Below are positions 14,053 to 20,359 of a DNA stretch of 20,359 bases, one piece after another. Within the stretch, counting starts at the first letter, position 1. Every line of letters begins with the position of its first letter. The stretch is from an uncultured virus (IMG/VR IMGVR_UViG_3300031555_006012). Its lineage: Duplodnaviria; Heunggongvirae; Uroviricota; Caudoviricetes. The DNA lies in IMG/VR virus record IMGVR_UViG_3300031555_006012, one strand, 5' to 3'. A program made the translations under genes and the position numbers. The notes under the pieces are model-generated. The model did no database searches and had not been told where the DNA came from. It was given only the letters and a program-made list of their open reading frames with translations.

Positions 14053-15216
14053 GTGCCAAATGACAGCTTAAGCAATGCAAAAAATAAGAAAAATGATGAG
14101 TTTTACACCGTTTACGATTATATTCAAAGGGAAATGAATGCTTACTTGGAGTACGACCCCGATGTTTTTAGGGGGAAAACAGTGCTTCTGCCATGTGATG
14201 ATCCTGAGTGGAGCAACTTTACAAGATTTTTTGCTCAAAATTTTGAAACCCTGGGATTGAAAAAGCTGATTTCTACTAGCTATGCTGTGGACAGTAAAAA
14301 GGCCAAGTATGGTTTTGAAGATCGAGATGGTTACCAGCAACTCACGATTTTTGAAATGATGTCGCCGCAGTATGATGAGACAATCACAATGTCTCGCGGA
14401 AAGATCTATACTCTGACAAGAGACATGAATCGGTCCGGCGTGGTAGATATCGAGGATCTTCAATGGCACTATTTGGAGGGGGACGGTGACTTCAGAAGCG
14501 ACGAGGTCAAGGCGCTTCGCGATGAAGCCGATATTATTGTTACAAATCCTCCATTTTCTCTTTTCAGAGAGTTTGTTGCCTGGGTAATGGAAGCTGGAAA
14601 AAGCCTTGTGATTATTGGTAGCCAAAATGCTATTACATACAAAGAGATTTTCCCCCTTTTGAAGGAAAACAAACTGTGGATTGGTGCTACAAATAACGGC
14701 AAAGATATGGTTTTCGAAGTGCCGGAAGGTGCCGAAGTGGCACCCAAAGACCGAGAGAAGGCAGCCAAGCTGGGGTATGTTGGAAACTACACTCGCCTGG
14801 GCAATGCCTGCTGGTTTACTAACATTAATCATGGAAGACGCCATCAGCCAATGAGCTTAATGACGAAAGCCGATAACGAAAAGTACAGCAAGCATAAACA
14901 AATTCGTGAAGCAGGTTATCAAAAGTACGACAACTACGATGCCATAGAAGTTCCTTTTACTGACGCTATCCCTTCCGACTACGATGGGGTAATGGGTGTC
15001 CCTATTACTTTTATGGACAAGTACTGCCCTGAGCAATTTGAAATCATCTGGCAGGCAAGTGGAAACGCCTATGCCAATGCTCCTAGTGGCGTGATGGAAA
15101 TGCTCAAGTTCGACCCAACTGTAAAGTACGGTGGGGGCCTTGGTGCAGCAGTAGTTGGGGGAAAAGCAGTATACTCTCGTATTCTCATCAAGAGGAAGGT
15201 CGTGAAGTCCGAATGA
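14053..15216 (+). CDS. Adenine-specific DNA methyltransferase, EcoRI family
   Basis: 387 aa. KNDEFYT, PCDDPEWSNF, GDGDFRS, catalytic IIVTNPPFSLFR, KYDNYDAIEV and GVMGVPITF motifs. Confidence 0.92.
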   Translation: MPNDSLSNAKNKKNDEFYTVYDYIQREMNAYLEYDPDVFRGKTVLLPCDDPEWSNFTRFFAQNFETLGLKKLISTSYAVDSKKAKYGFEDRDGYQQLTIFEMMSPQYDETITMSRGKIYTLTRDMNRSGVVDIEDLQWHYLEGDGDFRSDEVKALRDEADIIVTNPPFSLFREFVAWVMEAGKSLVIIGSQNAITYKEIFPLLKENKLWIGATNNGKDMVFEVPEGAEVAPKDREKAAKLGYVGNYTRLGNACWFTNINHGRRHQPMSLMTKADNEKYSKHKQIREAGYQKYDNYDAIEVPFTDAIPSDYDGVMGVPITFMDKYCPEQFEIIWQASGNAYANAPSGVMEMLKFDPTVKYGGGLGAAVVGGKAVYSRILIKRKVVKSE

Positions 15217-16388
15217 AAACCACACTGCTAATTGACTTGACAATTGACGAAATCTGCAAAGGGTTTGTCTATAATGAGCTTGAGGGCAAGGGCTTGTTTG
15301 GGTGGTCTGGTAAGTTGGTTATTCAGCCGGAGTACCAGCGTAACTATTTGTACGCCGAACAAAAGATGGAAGAGGCCGTTATCAGGTCGGTACTCAATGG
15401 TTATCCTTTGGGCCTACTGTATTTCAACAAAGTTGGTGAAAACCAATACGAGGTTTTGGATGGGCAACAGCGTATAACTAGCCTGGGACGGTTTATGACT
15501 GGAAAATTCCCTTTGCTTGATCATGAGGGAATGCCTCATTATTTTGATGCTTTACCAGCAGATATGAAAAAGACGATTCGTGAAAGCAAGCTCACGATTT
15601 ATATTTGTGAGGGAGAAGAATCCGAAATCAAAGCCTGGTTCAAAACAATTAACATCGCAGGCATTCCACTCAATCGTCAGGAGATTTCTAACGCGGTCTA
15701 CTCAGGTCCGTTTGTAACGAAAGCTAAAGAAGTTTTCAGTAATAGCGGTAATTCAAGCGTTCAGAAATGGGCGCATTACATTAAAGGCACTGTTAGCAGG
15801 CAGGATTTCCTCCGCGTTGCTCTCGAATGGGTAGCTCGGAGTAATGACCATGATGATGTAGATGCCTATATGAGCAAACACCGTTTTGACACAAATATCA
15901 CAGAACTGGAAAACTATTTCAATAGTGTGATTGATTGGATAGACGGCGTGTTTTCAGATGTGGAGTCTGAGATGCGCGGTTTGGAATGGGGGCATCTGTA
16001 TGAGGCCTACCACAACAACCCATATGACCCTGCGGCGGTTTCTGCGAAGGTTCACGAGTTGTACGCTGATGCTGCTGTGAAAAAGCGGGCAGGTGTGTTC
16101 GAGTACATCTTGGGCGGATGTACAGATACGCGACTGCTTGAGATTCGAGTATTTGAGGAATCTACTAAGAAGGCCGTTTACACTCAGCAGACCGATAAGG
16201 CTAGAAGAGAGCAGCGGTCAAACTGCCCTCTTTGCGCTCTTGGAACTGACAACAATGCCCGACGCATTTGGAAGTATTCTGAAATGGATGCCGACCATGT
16301 AACGGCATGGAGTAAAGGCGGCGCAACCGATATCAGCAATTGCCAGATGCTGTGCAAAACTCATAACCGCGCGAAAGGCAACAAGTAA
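15213..16388 (+). CDS. DUF262 (GmrS/ParB-like) plus HNH endonuclease
   Basis: 391 aa. QPEYQRNY and DGQQR (DUF262); CPLC...DADHVTAWSKGGATDISNCQMLCKTHN (HNH). ATGA overlap with the MTase. Confidence 0.92.
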   Translation: MKTTLLIDLTIDEICKGFVYNELEGKGLFGWSGKLVIQPEYQRNYLYAEQKMEEAVIRSVLNGYPLGLLYFNKVGENQYEVLDGQQRITSLGRFMTGKFPLLDHEGMPHYFDALPADMKKTIRESKLTIYICEGEESEIKAWFKTINIAGIPLNRQEISNAVYSGPFVTKAKEVFSNSGNSSVQKWAHYIKGTVSRQDFLRVALEWVARSNDHDDVDAYMSKHRFDTNITELENYFNSVIDWIDGVFSDVESEMRGLEWGHLYEAYHNNPYDPAAVSAKVHELYADAAVKKRAGVFEYILGGCTDTRLLEIRVFEESTKKAVYTQQTDKARREQRSNCPLCALGTDNNARRIWKYSEMDADHVTAWSKGGATDISNCQMLCKTHNRAKGNK

Positions 16389-16398
16389 ATCACGGTTT

Positions 16399-16439
16399 AT
16401 ACCCTCCGAGGCAAGAACGCCCCGGAGGGTATTTGTTTT
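16399..16439 (+). terminator. Intrinsic terminator between convergent genes
   Basis: ATACCCTCCG / CGGAGGGTAT stem followed by TTGTTTT. Confidence 0.8.
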
Positions 16440-17031
16440 ACAGGGGTACATACCCGTGGAACTTCATCATCTGCGCCTTAAACCGCGAGGTCTGGCTCCA
16501 GTCTTCACGATACCCCGGTTCAACCCAGGGGAGCAAATGATTGGCGATCACATACCCAGCATAATGAGCCAGCTTGGGGCCGGATAACTCCATAAAAATA
16601 TAATAGTCATCAATGTCGTGCAGCAGGTCGTCGTAATCGGCATGGAGTGTGGCACGGAACTTTTCACGGAGCATGTCCGCTGCGTCGTTCTGGGGGAAGT
16701 GACCGATGATGTGGTCCTTGACATAGTCGATGGTATCCAGGTGGAGAAATTCGACGGCGACCGGGTGACGGAAGTTCTCGGCATTAACGCGGAACCCCAG
16801 GTAGCCAGCGTATGCAACCCGGGCAATAATATCGGTTTCGTGCGCAGCGAGGTATTCGTCAAGGGTAGGAGTCATATCAGCGGGTAGCAGATCCCGCAAC
16901 TTAGCAACGGCGGCATGGTACTTCGGTTCGGCTTCTGCAAAATCAGGGTAGTTTTCTCGCATAGTGGCGGTGAGGTCCTCAATGACCCCGCGACCTGTCA
17001 TGGAATACATTACTTGCTCGATGGTTTTCAT
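16438..17031 (-). CDS. Hypothetical protein (197 aa)
   Basis: ATG 17031 with GAAAGGA RBS. Helical-looking, no recognised motif. Confidence 0.8.
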   Translation of the reverse strand: MKTIEQVMYSMTGRGVIEDLTATMRENYPDFAEAEPKYHAAVAKLRDLLPADMTPTLDEYLAAHETDIIARVAYAGYLGFRVNAENFRHPVAVEFLHLDTIDYVKDHIIGHFPQNDAADMLREKFRATLHADYDDLLHDIDDYYIFMELSGPKLAHYAGYVIANHLLPWVEPGYREDWSQTSRFKAQMMKFHGYVPL

Positions 17032-17195
17032 TATCAATCGTTCCTTTCGGTATGTAATCAACCGTGGCCACAGTTGGAGAACCAACTCCTAAATGCTTAG
17101 GGGTAGTTCTATTGGAACGAGTATAAACTATACCCGGGCGCGAAACTCGTCGAACCGTGGTAGGGAAATAAAAAAGAGCCGAATTTCTCCGGCTC

Positions 17196-17519
17196 TTAGC
17201 ATTTTACTTCTTCGCTTGCCCGAACCACCGATACGAGCATATCCCGTTCCCGTTTCGGCAGTTTCAAAATTGCCGCTGCCAAACTGCTGGCAGCACCTAC
17301 ATCTGAGTGGGTGACTACATCCTGGAGGAGGACATCCGAGGAAACCGCCAGGGTGTTTGCTATTTTTACGAAGGTCTCCAACTTGGGCGGCTTGACTCCA
17401 CGCTCCAACACACTGATATGTGTGGGGCTCATGCCAAGCTCGGCAGCAAGTTCTTCCTGTGTGTAGCCCGCCCGTTCTCTGGCGGCACGGATCCGCTTGC
17501 CAACTGCTGTCCAATCCAT
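17196..17519 (-). CDS. XRE-family HTH transcriptional regulator
   Basis: Start ATG 17519 (GGAGGGAGG RBS). GKRIRAARERAGYTQEELAAELGMSPTHISVLERG. Confidence 0.92.
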   Translation of the reverse strand: MDWTAVGKRIRAARERAGYTQEELAAELGMSPTHISVLERGVKPPKLETFVKIANTLAVSSDVLLQDVVTHSDVGAASSLAAAILKLPKRERDMLVSVVRASEEVKC

Positions 17520-17657
17520 AGTTTTCCCTCCCTCCAGAACCAGAACTAGTTCTGAAATAATTATAAATGGAAACATGGAGGAACGACAGGTTCTGGAATG
17601 CTTTGGCCTTGTTCTATTGGAACGAGAATTGATAATGGAAATATGAATTGCTCGACG

Positions 17658-17827
17658 CCCGGGGAACGATTTCACGATTACCAACGGTTTCACGATTACT
17701 CGACGATTTCACGATTACTCCCTAACGATTTCACGATTACCCCAACGATTTCACGAATACCCCGACGGTTTCACGATTACCCCAACGATTTCACGAATAC
17801 CCTTAACGATTTCACGATTACCCGGGG
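17658..17827. repeat. Tandem array of 8 x 16-bp ACGRTTTCACGAWTAC flanked by CCCGGGG direct repeats
   Basis: Cores start at 17666, 17684, 17703, 17725, 17745, 17765, 17785 and 17806 (period 18-22). CCCGGGG at 17658-17664 and 17821-17827. Confidence 0.95.
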
Positions 17828-17945
17828 CAGAGCGTTGAATGAACTCTGTCTCAGCAGGGGTATTCTCTCGCTAGAATACCCTCTCTGTGTGGAATTATGC
17901 CGCAAATAGTTCGGAAAACACCTAATATCGGTAGAAAAACGAACA

Positions 17946-17997
17946 AAAAAGAAAATCTCCCTTTGCAACCATTGTATCAATGATTGCAAAGGGAGAT
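17946..17997 (-). terminator. Terminator hairpin immediately after the tRNA CCA
   Basis: ATCTCCCTTTGCAA...TTGCAAAGGGAGAT stem followed by TTTCTTTTTT on the minus strand. Confidence 0.85.
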
Positions 17998-18072
17998 GGT
18001 CCGAGTGGGGAGATTCGAACTCCCGGCATCTTGAACCCAAATCAAGCGCCCTACCAACTGGGCCACACCCGG
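17997..18072 (-). tRNA. tRNA-Pro(TGG)
   Basis: 76-nt cloverleaf: CCGGGTG/CACTCGG acceptor, anticodon arm CTTGA-TT TGG GT-TCAAG, GGGAG-TTCGAAT-CTCCC T-arm, encoded CCA. Confidence 0.97.
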
Positions 18073-18085
18073 ATACTGAAAATAT

Positions 18086-18114
18086 ATTATACATTACACT
18101 GCAGAAAAAAGCAA
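18086..18114 (-). promoter_or_regulatory. SigmaA promoter of tRNA-Pro
   Basis: TTGCTT-17 bp-TATAAT just upstream of the tRNA. Confidence 0.7.
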
Positions 18115-18211
18115 CTGAAAAATGGCGCAAAGGGGATTTGTATTTTTTGTTATTCTATTATATAATGTAGGCACTTTGTGATATTGCCCGCTGAAGAAGA
18201 AAGGAACCGCC

Positions 18212-18988
18212 ATGAAGAAAGGAATCTCCCAGGAAGGACTGAAGCTCATTGCCTGCCTGACCATGCTTGTTGATCATATCGGCTATGAGATCATCTATCC
18301 GCTGTACGCACAAACTGTGGTGATCCATGAGCCTGGAACACTGTATCATATCTATCTGCTGTGCCGCTGTGTTGGACGGATTGCCCTTCCGATCTTCGCC
18401 TTTTTGTTGGTGGAAGGTATTCACAGAACCCGGAACCGGAAAAAATATGCCCTGCGGCTTTTGATTGGCACGGCTCTGGCGGAGATTCCCTATAATCTGA
18501 TGGTGTCCGGGGAAGTATTCTGGCGGCAGCAGAGCGTGATGGCCACACTGCTGCTGGGCTTCTGCGCCGTGCTCTGCATGGAAAAATGCCGCACCATTGC
18601 CTGGAAGCCTGTGGTCGTCATTCCCTTTGCTGTTTTGGCGAAACTGCTGATGACAGACTATGGATGGGCAGGTGTGGCGCTGATTGCCCTGTTTGAACTG
18701 AGCCGGGATATGTATCCGAAGAATCTGATTCGGTGCGGTGGCATGATTGTGCTGTTTCATTATATGTCGTCTTATGTTTTCTGGATCGGAAGCTTTTCTG
18801 TGCCCATGCAGGTGCTGGGTGTTCTGTCCATGCTGTTCATTGCCAATTACGACGGACGGAAGGTGACAAGCAGCAAGGCTGCCCAGTGGGGCTTTTACCT
18901 CTTCTACCCGGTACATATGCTGGTTCTGTGGGCAGTTGGCACACTGCTTACCGGTGTCTTCACCTGGGGAATCTGTATTGCAATATAA
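18212..18988 (+). CDS. traX: TraX-family membrane protein
   Basis: 258 aa. LKLIACLTMLVDHIG, GRIALPIFAFLLVEG, AEIPYNL, TDYG and FYLFYPVHM motifs; multiple TM segments. Confidence 0.88.
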   Translation: MKKGISQEGLKLIACLTMLVDHIGYEIIYPLYAQTVVIHEPGTLYHIYLLCRCVGRIALPIFAFLLVEGIHRTRNRKKYALRLLIGTALAEIPYNLMVSGEVFWRQQSVMATLLLGFCAVLCMEKCRTIAWKPVVVIPFAVLAKLLMTDYGWAGVALIALFELSRDMYPKNLIRCGGMIVLFHYMSSYVFWIGSFSVPMQVLGVLSMLFIANYDGRKVTSSKAAQWGFYLFYPVHMLVLWAVGTLLTGVFTWGICIAI

Positions 18989-18991
18989 GCA

Positions 18992-19017
18992 AAGCCCGCC
19001 GGGAATCCGGCGGGCTT
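18992..19017. terminator. Bidirectional terminator between traX and ychF
   Basis: AAGCCCGCCGG-GAAT-CCGGCGGGCTT perfect stem. Confidence 0.85.
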
Positions 19018-19027
19018 CTGTGTTGTG

Positions 19028-20125
19028 TTAAACGTTGAACAGGAAGTTTACGATGTCGCCGTCCTTCATAATGTATTCCTTACCTTCACTGCGGACCAGA
19101 CCCTTTGCCTTGGCGGCAGCCATGGTACCGCAGGTCTTCATATCCTCAAAGGCAATGACCTCGGCACGGATAAAGCCACGCTCAAAGTCAGTGTGAATCT
19201 TGCCGGCAGCCTGGGGCGCCTTGGTGCCACGCTTGATGGTCCAGGCACGGCATTCGTCGCTGCCTGCGGTCAGGAAGGAAATCAGGCCCAGCAGGGCATA
19301 GCTGGACTTGATGAGCCGGTCCAGACCGGATTCGGCAACACCCAGCTCTTCCATGAACATGGCCTTCTCTTCGGGATCGTCCAGCTCGGCAATGTCGGCC
19401 TCCAGCTTGGCGCAGATGGGCAGGCACTGACTGCCTTCCTCAGCGGCCAGCTCCTTGACGGCTACGAAGTGACGGTTGCTTTCGGGCTCGTTGATCTCGT
19501 TTTCTGCCAGGTTGGCGACGTAAATGGTCTTCTTCAGGGTCAGCAGGTCGGACTGGGCGATCAGAGCAAAATCTTCAGCGTCATCGGTGAAGGTGCGGGC
19601 CAGTTTGCCCTCGTTCAGGTGGGCCAGCAGCTCGGTCAGCAGAGCGGCTTCCTTTGCAAACCGCTTGTCGCCGCCCTTCATGGCCTTCTGAGCCTTGTCA
19701 ATGCGGCGCTCCACCATTTCGATGTCAGCCATCACCAGCTCCAGATTGATGATGTCGATGTCCCGCAGGGGATCGGTGGTGCCTTCCACATGGGTGACAT
19801 TGGAGTCCTCAAAGCATCTCACCACATGAACAATGGCATCGGTGGTGCGGATGTTGCTCAGGAACTTGTTGCCCAGGCCTTCGCCCTTGGATGCGCCTTT
19901 CACCAGACCGGCGATGTCCACGAATTCCACCACGGCGGGGGTGAACTTCTTGGGCTTATGAACTTCTGCCAGCCAGTCCAGCCGCTCATCGGGCACGGAA
20001 ACCACGCCCACATTGGGATCGATGGTACAGAAGGCATAGTTATCAGCAGGGACACCTGCATTGGTGATTGCATTGAAGAGGGTGGACTTGCCGACATTGG
20101 GCAGTCCCACGATACCTAGTTTCAT
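19028..20125 (-). CDS. ychF: Ribosome-binding ATPase YchF
   Basis: Start ATG 20125 (AAGGAG RBS). [57 protein letters not shown]; 365 aa. Confidence 0.97.
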   Translation of the reverse strand: MKLGIVGLPNVGKSTLFNAITNAGVPADNYAFCTIDPNVGVVSVPDERLDWLAEVHKPKKFTPAVVEFVDIAGLVKGASKGEGLGNKFLSNIRTTDAIVHVVRCFEDSNVTHVEGTTDPLRDIDIINLELVMADIEMVERRIDKAQKAMKGGDKRFAKEAALLTELLAHLNEGKLARTFTDDAEDFALIAQSDLLTLKKTIYVANLAENEINEPESNRHFVAVKELAAEEGSQCLPICAKLEADIAELDDPEEKAMFMEELGVAESGLDRLIKSSYALLGLISFLTAGSDECRAWTIKRGTKAPQAAGKIHTDFERGFIRAEVIAFEDMKTCGTMAAAKAKGLVRSEGKEYIMKDGDIVNFLFNV

Positions 20126-20178
20126 ATATTTCAAAACTCCTTTATTTGCAACGGTTTTTTGGATTCTAAAATGATTTC

Positions 20179-20218
20179 CGCACCAATTCCGCACCAATTT
20201 TCCATCAGCGCACCAATT
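20179..20218. repeat. Three CGCACCAATT direct repeats (integrase arm-type sites)
   Basis: Copies at 20179-20188, 20190-20199 and 20209-20218, directly after the integrase stop. Confidence 0.8.
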
Positions 20219-20359
20219 TTAACTGGCAATGTTGGTGCTTCTCTCAAACTGCTTGACTGCGTTTGTCAGGGATGTATCGGTGACGTGAACGTAGCGGTCC
20301 ATGGTGGTTTTGATACTCGCATGGCCGAGTAATTTCTGCAAAACTTTGGGCTGCATTCC
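20219..20359 (-). CDS. Tyrosine recombinase/integrase, C-terminal 46 aa (truncated by window edge)
   Basis: GMQPKVLQKLLGHASIKTTMDRYVHV...: LGH box and catalytic Tyr; stop at 20221-20219. Confidence 0.9.
   Translation of the reverse strand, partial: GMQPKVLQKLLGHASIKTTMDRYVHVTDTSLTNAVKQFERSTNIAS

Larger units (their letters stand above)
1..17996. mobile_element. Prophage-like integrated element (early/replication module plus cargo). The left end is outside the window; the right end is probably at the tRNA-Pro 3' end
   Basis: Phage-type PolA/DUF2815/DUF2800 module, four XRE regulators and defence-like cargo, ending at a tRNA 3' end. No integrase or att duplicate for this element is visible, so the boundary is inferred and the cargo could be a separate island. 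Confidence 0.55.
20126..20359. mobile_element. End of a second integrative element next to or within the ychF 5' end
   Basis: Integrase 3' end and arm-type repeats less than 100 bp from the ychF start codon. Confidence 0.7.

Noticed and set aside
17537..17626. GAAC/GTTC motifs as LexA SOS boxes
   Set aside because: The spacings are N2 or N5 or the dyad is reversed, not GAAC-N4-GTTC.
17658..17827. Tandem array as a CRISPR array
   Set aside because: Linkers are only 2-6 nt and similar to each other, repeats are 16 bp, and there is no cas operon.
17598..18165. ORFs crossing the repeat array and tRNA
   Set aside because: They merely translate the repeats or tRNA, and the linker lengths do not preserve frame.
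18212..18988. traX as a sign of a conjugation region
   Set aside because: No relaxase, coupling protein or T4SS genes nearby. Stand-alone TraX-family genes are common in Bacillota chromosomes.
19025..20119. 364-aa plus-strand ORF
   Set aside because: Antisense shadow of ychF.

Overview
The window looks like Clostridia/Bacillota DNA (strong AGGAGG RBSs, sigmaA-type promoters, gene content). From 1 to about 7.3 kb (minus strand) lies the early/replication module of a temperate phage-like element: family A DNA polymerase, DUF2815 SSB, DUF2800 Cas4-like nuclease, a sigma70-r4 protein and an XRE regulator. Between the XRE gene and the sigma-like gene is an array of three small related ORFs (one missing from the ORF track). 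Each is followed by a copy of a covarying two-hairpin 'CGAG' RNA motif and a long CCGCC/GGCGG terminator, suggesting an uncharacterised protein-RNA attenuation/antitermination system. From 7.3 to 17.9 kb is cargo: a DUF6076-like gene; a DinB / XRE / ImmA-IrrE / small-partner cassette driven by face-to-face promoters inside an inverted repeat; defence-like genes (PD-(D/E)XK nuclease, YspA SLOG, EcoRI-family MTase plus DUF262-HNH); two more XRE genes; and an 8-copy iteron-like repeat near the 3' end of tRNA-Pro(TGG), the likely attachment site. TraX-family and ychF genes follow. At the right edge are the C-terminus of a tyrosine integrase and arm-type repeats of a second element abutting, possibly inserted in, the 5' end of ychF. 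All family names come from motif recognition by eye, not from database searches.
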